From IMG/VR virus record IMGVR_UViG_3300009868_000001, positions 1 to 64,000 of that record: a DNA stretch of 64,000 nt; one strand, 5' to 3'. The notes below the pieces were generated by a model that saw nothing but the letters and a program-made list of their open reading frames with translations, searched no databases and was not told the origin of the DNA. The position numbers were made by a program, and so were the translations under genes. This DNA is from a virus. Lineage: Duplodnaviria > Caudoviricetes. Below, piece after piece: positions 31,843 to 41,808 of this stretch; the first letter of the stretch is position 1; each line of letters starts with the position of its first letter.

Positions 31843-34734
31843 TTAGAAAGAAGGTGTAAATCCTGTTTGTGAGCTTGATAACTGTCCACCGACACGTGTT
31901 ATCGTAATCCTGTTTATAAACTTATGAATTCCTCTTGGGAAGTCTACACGTATGTCAAGCAAGGCTGCGTTGTTTTCGATGATTTCGTTAGTGTTGTTCT
32001 TAGCGTCAATTTGAACTTCATAATAGCTAATACCACGTGCTGCTAAAACTGCGTCTAGGTAATTCTTAACGATTGATTTTACACGAAGTTGAGTGATCTC
32101 ATCATTAAAGTCGAACAAGAAGTTAAATAGAATCCTTTCAATATCCTTCTCAATAGTTATAAGTGCTTCTCTCACGTGGATGTTGTTAAGTGCTGAACGT
32201 ACTCTTTGATATGCAAGGTTGTTCGAAAGAATCATGTTTCCAAATCCTCTACGCTTGACAATTAAGTTAAATCCGGTTGGTTCCAAGTAATCTCTATCTT
32301 CTTTAGTTAAGAAGTATTCTGGTTCTACGATTTCTGGGTCTAATAAAATACCTTTCTTTGCACCAACGATTGAGAACGTGTTTCCTGAAGAGTATTTTCT
32401 CATGAATGCGTTTCCAACATATGGAGCTGGAGGTACTGAACGATTCCTACCGTTATCGATTATGATAAGGTTAGGCATAAAATATGCTGCATATGTTGAA
32501 ACTGGAATACCATTCACGTCTCCGTCTGCAAACTTAAAGGTGAAGCTTGGGTTTAAATCCAAGTTACCTCCAGTTGAGATATGAGCTGGGGAAACCAGTT
32601 TAGTTGCTATGTCAATAAAACTTGGGTCTACTGACTTTTCAAATTGTGCAAAGGATGGAGAGTTTAGTATTGCTAAACACTTACCATGGTCTGCTGCTAT
32701 CTTAGCCAAGTAATACTTAGAAGACTGCGCAATCTGACCTTCATAAGAGTCGATTATGTAACGGAAGTCTACTGTTTCTCCGTCTGCTAATGTCTTAGCT
32801 ATGTTTGTATCGTTGTAGATAAATCCAAGGATATCGTCTTGTCTGTCCGCTGTCTTATTAGGCAGGTGTTTTTCAAGAAGCTTAAAGCTGTCTAAGTAGA
32901 AACCTTTATACTCCTGAATAAAGTTCTTCACTCCCTTATAAACGTGCAACTCATTGTTGTCTGTGTATATACCAGATATAGTTGCGGCTGACGGTACCAT
33001 TGTTGTGACCGTGTAAGAAGTCTCAGATGGGCTCAAAGTTGTTGAAGAAGATACCGAAAGAATCTTTAGGAATCTTGGACGACTGTCTCCAACGAGTTTC
33101 GCTTTAATGTAGTTATTTGGCTTAATAAACTCGTCAATTGTTGTCTTGTTTGTCGAATTTATTGTAAGCTTGATCTTGTTTATTCCAAGAATAGAGTAAG
33201 AAGTAAAGTAGTTTGTATCAGTTAAATCAAACACTTTCTTAAAGCTCTTAAGATCCGTATTGGCAATATCATAGTAACCTGCGATAGTAGGCGTAACGTC
33301 CTCTCTGTTCACCAGAGTAACGTCTGCATATTGATACAGCTTAATAAACTTATAGGTGTTACCACTTATTGTCGCAGTAAATCCAGAATCTATTCTAACA
33401 TAGCTTGTTAAGTGTTCATTGGTGTTTTTAATGAACCCGTTTTTCCATGCAGTATACAGTGAGCTGTTTTCGTAAGCGACTATATACTTAGGAGTTACCG
33501 TATCATCTACTACTATTGCGTCGTTAGGACCGGCTGGAACAGAACCTGTAATAACTGGGTTAGAGTCAATAGTTCCTGAAATAAGGTCTCCTGCTATCTT
33601 TAAAGAAAGAGCACCTTCTGATGGCTGACGGTAGCTAAGTATGTCCACTAATTTGTTAGTAGAATCGTCTGCCATGTAAAGCAATTGGTCAAATCCATGA
33701 CCTATAAGGTCTACCCTATGGGTTTGCATGCTTGAGTCTGTAAATGAAGACTCAGTAAGGTCGATAAGTTCAAGTTTATCATGATCTACTCCACAAAGAA
33801 CTTCTGTTTGAACAAAGATTCTGTTGATTACCTTATCGATTGATACAACAGTACCGGTTTGGTCTTTAAAGTCTGGGATAAGGCTACCGACCGTCCTTAA
33901 GACGACTTTAACTTCTCCTTGAGAAAGGAAGTTGTTCACTTTGCTTCTCATAAGACCTCTTTCGTTAAAGTATTGTTTCCAAACTGGATCGTTTGAAAGT
34001 TTAACGTTATCTGTCCAGTTACCTTCGATTGCAAATATTTCAACGAAGTAATCTGAAACTAAGTCATCTGGATGTAAGAATGCTGGAACTTCAACATCGT
34101 CTCCGAATTGTCCATAGTATTCCTTAACGGTAAGGTCATATCCAGTAACATCTGCTATTTTAACCCAAACTGTCATAGGTTTCTTTCCAAGGTTAGCAAA
34201 GCTAAATATCTTATTGGAATCTGCATCGATTTCACCAAATAAACCTGGGTTAGTGATAAAATCGTCGCCTAATGCTATATTCTTAGTTTTGTTCAATTGG
34301 TTAGAGTCAGCATACCATAACCTTTGAGTGTTATAAAAGTCTGAAAGAGGTTGGTTAAACTCTGACAGTAAGTTGTTAGTGTTCATTGCTGAACCTTCGG
34401 TGTTAAATGTTGTAAACCACACCTTATCGTCATCGTCAACCGGAAGAACGTTTAATGCATAAACAGGTCCTTCCCTAAGTGAAACTTCTATTGCTCTATG
34501 AAAGAAGCTTCCTTTATTTTCTAATTGAGTGTCAATATCACCAAAGACCAGTCTTGCAGTTTTAAGGTCGGTTATAGACACTACTGAGTTGACAGGTCCC
34601 TTTTTGCTTGATCCAATAATAAGTCGCCCCGTAGTTAACGGTAAGCTAATGTTTTGGCTCTCATCGATTTCAAATGTGTAAATACCACTTGATAATAGAT
34701 TGTTTAAATTAATTCGTTGGAGCGTATCAGCCAT
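31843..34734 (-). CDS. 18: Contractile tail sheath protein, gp18-like
   Basis: SGIYTFEIDES, IGSSKKGPVN, VPPAPYV, SALNNIHVRE, FDFNDEIT, NNTNEIIENN. Confidence 0.9.
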   Translation of the reverse strand: MADTLQRINLNNLLSSGIYTFEIDESQNISLPLTTGRLIIGSSKKGPVNSVVSITDLKTARLVFGDIDTQLENKGSFFHRAIEVSLREGPVYALNVLPVDDDDKVWFTTFNTEGSAMNTNNLLSEFNQPLSDFYNTQRLWYADSNQLNKTKNIALGDDFITNPGLFGEIDADSNKIFSFANLGKKPMTVWVKIADVTGYDLTVKEYYGQFGDDVEVPAFLHPDDLVSDYFVEIFAIEGNWTDNVKLSNDPVWKQYFNERGLMRSKVNNFLSQGEVKVVLRTVGSLIPDFKDQTGTVVSIDKVINRIFVQTEVLCGVDHDKLELIDLTESSFTDSSMQTHRVDLIGHGFDQLLYMADDSTNKLVDILSYRQPSEGALSLKIAGDLISGTIDSNPVITGSVPAGPNDAIVVDDTVTPKYIVAYENSSLYTAWKNGFIKNTNEHLTSYVRIDSGFTATISGNTYKFIKLYQYADVTLVNREDVTPTIAGYYDIANTDLKSFKKVFDLTDTNYFTSYSILGINKIKLTINSTNKTTIDEFIKPNNYIKAKLVGDSRPRFLKILSVSSSTTLSPSETSYTVTTMVPSAATISGIYTDNNELHVYKGVKNFIQEYKGFYLDSFKLLEKHLPNKTADRQDDILGFIYNDTNIAKTLADGETVDFRYIIDSYEGQIAQSSKYYLAKIAADHGKCLAILNSPSFAQFEKSVDPSFIDIATKLVSPAHISTGGNLDLNPSFTFKFADGDVNGIPVSTYAAYFMPNLIIIDNGRNRSVPPAPYVGNAFMRKYSSGNTFSIVGAKKGILLDPEIVEPEYFLTKEDRDYLEPTGFNLIVKRRGFGNMILSNNLAYQRVRSALNNIHVREALITIEKDIERILFNFLFDFNDEITQLRVKSIVKNYLDAVLAARGISYYEVQIDAKNNTNEIIENNAALLDIRVDFPRGIHKFINRITITRVGGQLSSSQTGFTPSF

Positions 34735-34807
34735 TTCGGTCAGTCTTTTTTGCTATTTATTTTCATACAGTGATATAAGGTCACACCTTATTCACGAAAT
34801 TTCTTAG

Positions 34808-34816
34808 TTATTTATC
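34808..34816 (-). promoter_or_regulatory. Late promoter GATAAATAA for the sheath gene (second copy ATAAATAG at 34753-34760)
   Basis: Similar to T4 late TATAAATA. Confidence 0.65.
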
Positions 34817-34826
34817 AATAGTAAGT

Positions 34827-34854
34827 AAACCTAAAAAGCTAATTGGAGTAGAAG
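34827..34854 (+). promoter_or_regulatory. Early/middle promoter AAACC-N16-GTAGAAG
   Basis: Shared motif upstream of the gp56-PolB operon. Confidence 0.65.
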
Positions 34855-34872
34855 TTAAGAAAAAGTATAAGT

Positions 34873-35352
34873 ATGTCAAACACAAATTATCAAGCATGTG
34901 CACAACTTGAGGTTGAGGATCTATATAAAGACAGTAAGAACACATTGGGCGACTTGATGAATCTTCAAAAAGATATTCAGGAAACAGTCTACGGCCATGA
35001 TTTTAAAAAACTGAGAGAAGAACCTCTTTCCGAGATGCGTAAGTTCTATGATTGGAATTACCATGCTATCCAGGATGAACTTAGGGAAACTTTTAATGCA
35101 CTTGGTGGTATAAATGATGGTATAGGTAATGGTGTATGGAAACCTTGGAAAAAATCCAATAAAGATTCCTATTCTATTAAGTTTTCTCAGATGTCTCCAA
35201 AAGACCTGCTTGAACTTAAATATGAACTTGTTGACATTCAACACTTCTTATTCAATATGATGCTCGCAATCGGAATGACACCAGAAGAGCTATTCAATCT
35301 TTATTTTGCCAAGAATAAAGAAAACCGCGACCGTCAAAAACGAGGATACTAA
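34873..35352 (+). CDS. 56: dCTPase/dUTPase, T4 gp56-like
   Basis: IQDELRE, VWKPWK, ELKYELVDIQHFLFNM and KNKENRDRQKRGY closely parallel gp56. Confidence 0.88.
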   Translation: MSNTNYQACAQLEVEDLYKDSKNTLGDLMNLQKDIQETVYGHDFKKLREEPLSEMRKFYDWNYHAIQDELRETFNALGGINDGIGNGVWKPWKKSNKDSYSIKFSQMSPKDLLELKYELVDIQHFLFNMMLAIGMTPEELFNLYFAKNKENRDRQKRGY

Positions 35353-35364
35353 AAAAACTAAAAT

Positions 35365-36750
35365 ATGATAATAAGTTCAGAAATAAACTCTAAGGAAAAT
35401 CTTTTAATTGCTTCTTATTTTAACGAGGCAGGCCAGGTTGATTTTATCCGTAAACAACTTACAGATGAGGATATGTTTAACTGGAAGATTACAAGCAATC
35501 CTACTCCCGACATAAATTGGGACGGAAAGTATCTTGAAAAATCAAAGACTAAATGGGTTTCCAGGTTTAGAACAGAAGAGCTAATACAAAGTAAGTTTAC
35601 TCAAGCTGAACTTGCCAAGCTATATAGTGAAAAGAAACCATATAAGTGGTATTCCGATATAGAAATTTGGCTTACAAGTAACGAGTTCCCAGACCCAAAT
35701 GAAGCAAAAGAACGAGTTTCTCTTATTACATGTTTAAGTGATGATAATTTCATCTATGTCTTATCAACAATGGCTGATTTATCTAAGGAACAACAGGACA
35801 AAATGATGGCGTTTGTAAACAAATACGTCGAATCACACGGTCAGACATTTAAGTTAAAATATGTCTATTATGAACAGGAGGAAAATATGCTTCGTGCATT
35901 TTTCCATAAAATGCTTCCTAAAATTCCTTTTTTAACCGGATGGAACTTTATGGGATTTGACTGGTTGTATCTTGTTAATCGTGCTAAAAACATTGGAATT
36001 GAACCAGCTGCAGCCCTATTAAACAAAAGACTCATAGGTAAAGCATATATGCCTTCTCATTTAGGTCTTCTTGACTACATGGAAGTCTTTATGAACCTTA
36101 AGCCATATAAAGTTGTCGAAAACTATAAATTGGGTTACATCGCAAACCTTGTCTTAGGAACTAAGAAACTTGAGCACGGTAACGAGTCGATGATGGAGTT
36201 TCAAAAACAGACTGAGAAATACATTGCATATAACATAATTGACACGATTCTTGTTAAGTTAATAGATGACAAACTTCAATTATTAGATGTGGCTTTTGAG
36301 ATCTCAAATGTTGCACGTATCGATGTAAGCCGAATTTTCAGTTCAGTTTATATCACAGAAACATTAATGTGTCGTGAATTCCTTTCACGTGGAAGAAAGA
36401 TGGCATCGTTGGATAAAGCTCCATTGATGGACAGCACATATGACGGTGCGTATGTTGCAAAACCTGTCCCTGGATACTATCCGCTAGTCGCATGTTATGA
36501 CTTTGCATCAATGTATCCAAATCTACAGATACAGTTTAACATATCTCCAGACGCTTATTTGGGCAAAATAAACCAAATGAATGAAGAAGAAGTGTTAGAC
36601 AACATATGGACTAAGAATAACACAGTCTTTAATTCTAAAAACGACTCAGCAGCAAGGACAATACTAAGCGGTCTTTATAATGCTCGAGTTGAGACTAAGA
36701 ATGAAATCAAGAAACTAGAAAAGAAAAGCTTAGATGTTCAAGTGTCTTAA
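35365..36750 (+). CDS. Family B DNA polymerase, N-terminal subunit only (exonuclease plus motif A)
   Basis: SDIE, GWNFMGFDWLYL, YNIIDT, YDGAYV, YDFASMYP, NISPD present; no KxxxNSxYG or YGDTDS; 461 aa. Confidence 0.88.
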   Translation: MIISSEINSKENLLIASYFNEAGQVDFIRKQLTDEDMFNWKITSNPTPDINWDGKYLEKSKTKWVSRFRTEELIQSKFTQAELAKLYSEKKPYKWYSDIEIWLTSNEFPDPNEAKERVSLITCLSDDNFIYVLSTMADLSKEQQDKMMAFVNKYVESHGQTFKLKYVYYEQEENMLRAFFHKMLPKIPFLTGWNFMGFDWLYLVNRAKNIGIEPAAALLNKRLIGKAYMPSHLGLLDYMEVFMNLKPYKVVENYKLGYIANLVLGTKKLEHGNESMMEFQKQTEKYIAYNIIDTILVKLIDDKLQLLDVAFEISNVARIDVSRIFSSVYITETLMCREFLSRGRKMASLDKAPLMDSTYDGAYVAKPVPGYYPLVACYDFASMYPNLQIQFNISPDAYLGKINQMNEEEVLDNIWTKNNTVFNSKNDSAARTILSGLYNARVETKNEIKKLEKKSLDVQVS

Positions 36751-36778
36751 AAACGCTTACTTAAAAATTAAATTACGT

Positions 36779-37450
36779 ATGAATCCGGATTTATTACAAC
36801 AGGTTGCAACTTACAGGGATTTTTTCCTACACAAACAGATGCAATGGATAAAATCGAGCGATCCAGCCAAGGTCGCCAAGCTTGTGACTGTATCTGAAGT
36901 CTTCGCTCGAGGTAAGGATATTTATGCACAACTGAGCGATGGAACTTCCATACCTGTTACTCGACTAAATAATGATCTTATGATGATCACCAATGATACA
37001 CCAGCAATGTCACTAGACCAAGTAAGGTCGATTAATGCTGATCCTGGTGTGAGTGTTTCTCCAAAGAGCGGAACAGATGACGACCCATATAGTGATACTA
37101 GCCTCGAAGTAGCTGAAAGTCCAAAGACAGTTAGGGAACATTATGAAAACAAGATGGGAGGACAACAACCTGTTCAGGAATCTGCTGTAGAAAGGAGGGT
37201 TCAATCATCAGCTCCTCAAAATCAAAACTTCTTTAATCAATTTACGGCAGATTCTATAAACCTTAACTTAAACATTACAATTAATCTTCCTCCGATGAAT
37301 CTATTGAAGATGATGTATAATAATGCTAAGGATAAGAATGAATTTTTGAAGAATTTGTGTAGCCATATAAATAATCAAATAACAGAAAGTGTTATTCAGG
37401 AGTCAATAATCAAAAAGATTGACTCTAAAAAGAGCCAACCTAATGAGTGA
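36779..37450 (+). CDS. Hypothetical protein
   Basis: In-frame ATG at 36779 in A-rich context; no polymerase motifs. Confidence 0.6.
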   Translation: MNPDLLQQVATYRDFFLHKQMQWIKSSDPAKVAKLVTVSEVFARGKDIYAQLSDGTSIPVTRLNNDLMMITNDTPAMSLDQVRSINADPGVSVSPKSGTDDDPYSDTSLEVAESPKTVREHYENKMGGQQPVQESAVERRVQSSAPQNQNFFNQFTADSINLNLNITINLPPMNLLKMMYNNAKDKNEFLKNLCSHINNQITESVIQESIIKKIDSKKSQPNE

Positions 37451-37886
37451 AATTGATAAAGCTCCAAGTAAAAAGACAGACGTATGCCTAATCTTGTTTA
37501 CGGTCACTGACAGTGAAAAGGTTAAAAATGTCTATACTTACATTGACGATAAACATCAAACCGTAGTTACGGTGGAGTTTGATCCAAATAAGGATGACTC
37601 GTATTGGGACTGTATTTCACGAGGTCTCTTAAACTCAGCAGGTCTTGATATAGATTCAGATAATCTATCAGTTAATGATGTGTTTTACTTAGGTGATATT
37701 ACTTCTTCATATTTTTCAGAGATTAAATGTTTTGGTGTAAATGTGTCTAACATCGAAGGTCTTGAGTCAAAACTTCAATCAAGTTCTGGAAAGTTTCATA
37801 AGATAGGATTCCATCATTTAGTTGGTGGTGAATGCACAGACACTCTTCTATTATCGTCATCCTTCCTTCTTGCCGCCTATTTTTAA
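37443..37886 (+). CDS. Hypothetical protein, possibly degenerate Nudix fold
   Basis: DDSYWDCISRGLLNSAGL echoes the Nudix box without the catalytic Glu residues. Confidence 0.45.
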   Translation: MSEIDKAPSKKTDVCLILFTVTDSEKVKNVYTYIDDKHQTVVTVEFDPNKDDSYWDCISRGLLNSAGLDIDSDNLSVNDVFYLGDITSSYFSEIKCFGVNVSNIEGLESKLQSSSGKFHKIGFHHLVGGECTDTLLLSSSFLLAAYF

Positions 37887-37890
37887 TTGA

Positions 37891-37918
37891 AAACTCCATT
37901 CACCTTTTTTCGTAAAAT
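37891..37918 (+). promoter_or_regulatory. Early/middle promoter AAACT-N16-GTAAAAT
   Basis: Variant of the shared motif upstream of uvsX. Confidence 0.55.
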
Positions 37919-37937
37919 TATAAAAAGAAAAGAGTAA

Positions 37938-39167
37938 ATGGCTAAACAGGCAAAAGACGTTTTTTCCGAGTTTAATAAACAACTGGACAAGCTCGCTGAG
38001 AGCTCAAAAATGGAAGTCGAACTTAAAGGCTTCTCAGATATTTCAGAATACATCGATACTGGTAACTACATTTTAAATGCAGCTTTAACCGGTTCTATTT
38101 TAGGTGGATATCCAAATGCACGAAGCGTTTGTATTGCAGGTGAACCTAGCACAGGTAAAACATTCTTATGTTTAAATGCTGCACGTGAAGCCCAGAAAAT
38201 GGGATATTACATAATGTATATTGATACTGAAGGTGCAATCGACCAAAAGGACTTTTCTAATTTCGGAGTAGACCTAACTAAATTAAGATATATTCGTCTT
38301 GGAACGGTGAGTGATGTTAAATTTGCAGTCGCAAGTGCAATTAAAGTAATTAAGGACATCATCAATGACAATCCAACAGCTAAGTTTATGCTTTTTGTTG
38401 ACTCAATAGGTCAGCTTGAAACTGGAAAGGAAAGAAATGATGCAGTCCAAGGTAAAGACACATCTGATATGGGTCTTAGAGCCAAACAGTTACGTGCAGC
38501 CTTTAGGAATTTTACGCTCGATTTATCAAATCTTAAGGTTCCAATGATATTCACCAATCACTTAGGTGATGACCCAGCTAACATATATGCTGGTAAAAAG
38601 ACAGGTGGCGGTAAAGGACCAGAATACGCTGCGTCAACTATCATATATCTAGGAAAAGGCACGCTTAAAGACGGAGAGACCAAGACCGGTATTATCGTTA
38701 AGATAATGATTAAGAAAAACAGGTTAGCTAAACCAATAGAAGGTATTGAAATTCATATCTCTCATTTAAAGGGTATGAACAGATATGTAGGCCTTCAACA
38801 ATTTATGAGTTGGGAAGGTTGTGGAGTTGCTCGTGGTAAAAAACTAACAGAGAAAGAGTATTCTAAATTGTCTGATGCAGATAAAGCTAAGGCCAAACCA
38901 TTTAAGGTTGGTGAAGAACAGCTTTACTTAATAGAATCTAACCAAGCTAAGAATTATATCATAAAATGGACAGGTGAGGCTGTGCCGGTTAAATACTTAT
39001 TCACGTCTCAGGTCTTTACTGAAAAGGTCTTAAAGGAACTTGATGAAACCGTCATAAAGCCTATGTTCAAATATGCAACAATGTCTGAGATACTTGCAGA
39101 TGAAGTTAACGATTTAGATATCTCAGGTGATACAGATGATGACGATTTAACTGAAACTGAAGAGTAA
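37938..39167 (+). CDS. uvsX: RecA-like recombinase UvsX
   Basis: Walker A GEPSTGKT, YIDTEGA, FVDSIG, DMGLRAK, IFTNH, GGKGPEYAAS. Confidence 0.92.
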   Translation: MAKQAKDVFSEFNKQLDKLAESSKMEVELKGFSDISEYIDTGNYILNAALTGSILGGYPNARSVCIAGEPSTGKTFLCLNAAREAQKMGYYIMYIDTEGAIDQKDFSNFGVDLTKLRYIRLGTVSDVKFAVASAIKVIKDIINDNPTAKFMLFVDSIGQLETGKERNDAVQGKDTSDMGLRAKQLRAAFRNFTLDLSNLKVPMIFTNHLGDDPANIYAGKKTGGGKGPEYAASTIIYLGKGTLKDGETKTGIIVKIMIKKNRLAKPIEGIEIHISHLKGMNRYVGLQQFMSWEGCGVARGKKLTEKEYSKLSDADKAKAKPFKVGEEQLYLIESNQAKNYIIKWTGEAVPVKYLFTSQVFTEKVLKELDETVIKPMFKYATMSEILADEVNDLDISGDTDDDDLTETEE

Positions 39168-39505
39168 TGGATTTTATCTTAAAAAAGGAATTGCCCCTTA
39201 AATATCATCTAGGGATGTATAAGAGTTCACGAGAGTTTCCTCAAAAGGAGGATCTCTTGTTTGCTCTGTCTACTCATTTTATAAAGGTTGCCTCCAAGAA
39301 AAAAGTTAAGGCTGAAGACTTTCAAGTCACTTCAGATTTACTTAAAGACCTGTTTGGTGACGTTAAGTTCCTACAAAATTTTAGAGGTTTTATAAAACAG
39401 GTTGTGCCGCAGTTGATACAAGAAGAAAGGATAGTTAAGAATCAAGCAGGTTTCCTTTTAAAACCAGCTGAAATTCTTAACTTTTATGAAAGAAAGACCA
39501 AATGA
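39167..39505 (+). CDS. Hypothetical protein
   Basis: 112 aa, coupled between uvsX and the helicase (the position of gene 40 in T4). Confidence 0.6.
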   Translation: MDFILKKELPLKYHLGMYKSSREFPQKEDLLFALSTHFIKVASKKKVKAEDFQVTSDLLKDLFGDVKFLQNFRGFIKQVVPQLIQEERIVKNQAGFLLKPAEILNFYERKTK

Positions 39506-41109
39506 TAGATTTTAAAGAAAATATTGAGCTCTTAGAGAAAGTCATTTTCAACTTCTTAATATTAGAAGATGATGATGACATTGTTATTAAGCCAAAGAAC
39601 TATGACGGTATTGATAAGAAAGACCTCATACTTATGGCTAAGAGCTATTTTTTTATTGACGACACACTTCAGAAATCTTTCAAGGAAATAAAGAAATATG
39701 TTCAAGCTTATCATAAGTTTCCAACTCGTAATGAGATTAGAGATCTTTTAAATCTTAACAACATTTACTTATCAGAAAATGAGTTTGACGATTTGTTTGC
39801 TGTTAACTTAAAGGATTATTCTTATGATTTTCTTTACAAATACACCAAGGCATTCATCCTTATTAAGAACCTTAATACGAGTATAACTGAAACGTTAACC
39901 TTTTTAAAGACAAGTGAAGTCAAACCTGAAAATATAGACTCAATAGTCAATAAGGTAAGAGACTCTCTTGGTGAAAAGTTAAATCTCTCTTTTTCAAAGA
40001 GAGGCAAGGGCTTAAATTTCTCAGACCCTGCATCACATAAGCAGACCTTAAAATCAGGAACTCCTTCTGGTTTTCATTTCTTTGATAAGGTATTAGGTGG
40101 CGGTTGGAATGAAAAGACTTTAGTTGTCTTTCAAGGTCGGCCAAAGGTTGGAAAGACAACTGTGCTATCAAACATAGCTGCTCGTGCATATATGAGCGGT
40201 GTAAATGTGGGCGTTGCAACAACTGAAGTTTCTAGAGAAAAGTATGTAAAGAAGATTGGAGCAAATGTTCTTAACATTCCGGTAAAAACTTATGAGACTT
40301 TAGTTGAGGACGGACACTTAGATGTCATACAAAATAAGTTAAATCAAGCGTCTAAGGAAATGAAGCTTGGAGAACTTTGGGTTGAGGAATTTCCGACTGG
40401 TGACACTACTGCGATTGATATTGAAAACTATTTCTTAAACATAGAACAATCGACAGGAATTAAGTTTAAAGTAATAGTCGTCGATTATATCAACTTGATG
40501 AGGTCACTTAAAGATCATTCAGGTTCGTATGGACATATTAAAGCAGTGTCAGAGGAACTGAGAGCAATTGCTATCAGAAACAATTGGTGTATAATAACCG
40601 CTACTCAGATGAAGCGAGAGTCAGTTGAAAACCTAAATCCAGGTATGACGGACGTTGCTGAATCATTCGGTCTTATTCACACAGTCGATACTCTGTTCGG
40701 TCTTGTTAGACCTCCTTTGTCCAAGGAAATGAAGATTAACGTTATAGTGAATAGAGATGATGGGTTTGAGGGTAGTTATAGGTCGTTTTACATTGACTAT
40801 GTCTATAATAGGTTAAATGAAAGGTTGGAAGCTGGAACTGAATTTTACTCAGAGGAGGAAGACCTTTCAGACTTAGAAGCTGTTCTTAACGAGGAATACG
40901 AAAAGATTTCACGTTCTACTAATTTTAAAGAACCTGTTTCTAAACCTGCTCCCGTCCTTCAATCATACATGAAACTTGAAAAACCAATACAAAACGAAAT
41001 ACCTGTCAGTCAACACACTGGCAAAAAATTAAAACCTCTTAAGGATGTTCTTTCAGCATCACACGCTTCCATTTTGTCTGGAGACGATGACGACAGTTGT
41101 CCTTTTTAA
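39502..41109 (+). CDS. 41: Replicative DnaB-like helicase, gp41-like
   Basis: GRPKVGKT, VVDYINLM, SEELRAIA, TATQMKR, DVAESFGL. Confidence 0.92.
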   Translation: MIDFKENIELLEKVIFNFLILEDDDDIVIKPKNYDGIDKKDLILMAKSYFFIDDTLQKSFKEIKKYVQAYHKFPTRNEIRDLLNLNNIYLSENEFDDLFAVNLKDYSYDFLYKYTKAFILIKNLNTSITETLTFLKTSEVKPENIDSIVNKVRDSLGEKLNLSFSKRGKGLNFSDPASHKQTLKSGTPSGFHFFDKVLGGGWNEKTLVVFQGRPKVGKTTVLSNIAARAYMSGVNVGVATTEVSREKYVKKIGANVLNIPVKTYETLVEDGHLDVIQNKLNQASKEMKLGELWVEEFPTGDTTAIDIENYFLNIEQSTGIKFKVIVVDYINLMRSLKDHSGSYGHIKAVSEELRAIAIRNNWCIITATQMKRESVENLNPGMTDVAESFGLIHTVDTLFGLVRPPLSKEMKINVIVNRDDGFEGSYRSFYIDYVYNRLNERLEAGTEFYSEEEDLSDLEAVLNEEYEKISRSTNFKEPVSKPAPVLQSYMKLEKPIQNEIPVSQHTGKKLKPLKDVLSASHASILSGDDDDSCPF

Positions 41110-41124
41110 AATAATCCATGAAAA

Positions 41125-41808
41125 GTGGAAGAAAAACATATAATTGAAACTGACTCTAACCTAGAAGAAGAATATCATGAGAGTCAAAGTGAATTTGAAG
41201 AGTTTGAAGAGTTTGACGAAGAGTCTTCTGAATCCGATGAAGAAGAAGGAGATGAAGAGGAAGCTGAAGCACGAAGGAATAAACATGCAATTCTAAAGAA
41301 GAACGACAAGATCTTCAATAACTCATATAACACAGGTGATGGAATCCAAAGAGACGATTATCATTCACAGGAAATTCGTCTGTCACCTGCTTATTCAGAT
41401 TCATACTTACAAGAATCGGATGGGTATACTGACAGGTTAGGATTAAGTGTAGTCCAGACAGAACTCGATGCAGTCTATAAGAGAAATCCAAAGCTTCTTG
41501 AAATAATTGGAAACGAAAAACGTAAGTTTTCTAAGACAGATGTTAACTTTGTCTTTAATGTCCTTTTAAAAGAGCTTAACAATAGCATTTTTGCGAATTC
41601 AATTCACGTATTAGATGCAGTATGTAATCTTTTGCAAATTGAGTATAAGAAAGCGTTTGATATGCTGGATTATGAGTTTAAGGAAATATTAGTCAGTGAC
41701 CTTGATGACCAATTTGGCGTGTTAAACAGCAATTTTAAAACCAGATCACCTAGAAAGGTAGAAAACGAAGAAGATGACGATGAACTTGACGAAGAATATC
41801 AGGATTGA
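41125..41808 (+). CDS. Hypothetical highly acidic protein
   Basis: 227 aa with poly-E/D termini. Confidence 0.6.
   Translation: MEEKHIIETDSNLEEEYHESQSEFEEFEEFDEESSESDEEEGDEEEAEARRNKHAILKKNDKIFNNSYNTGDGIQRDDYHSQEIRLSPAYSDSYLQESDGYTDRLGLSVVQTELDAVYKRNPKLLEIIGNEKRKFSKTDVNFVFNVLLKELNNSIFANSIHVLDAVCNLLQIEYKKAFDMLDYEFKEILVSDLDDQFGVLNSNFKTRSPRKVENEEDDDELDEEYQD

Noticed and set aside
36734-37450. Candidate C-terminal half of the DNA polymerase
   Set aside because: Lacks motif B and the DTDS motif
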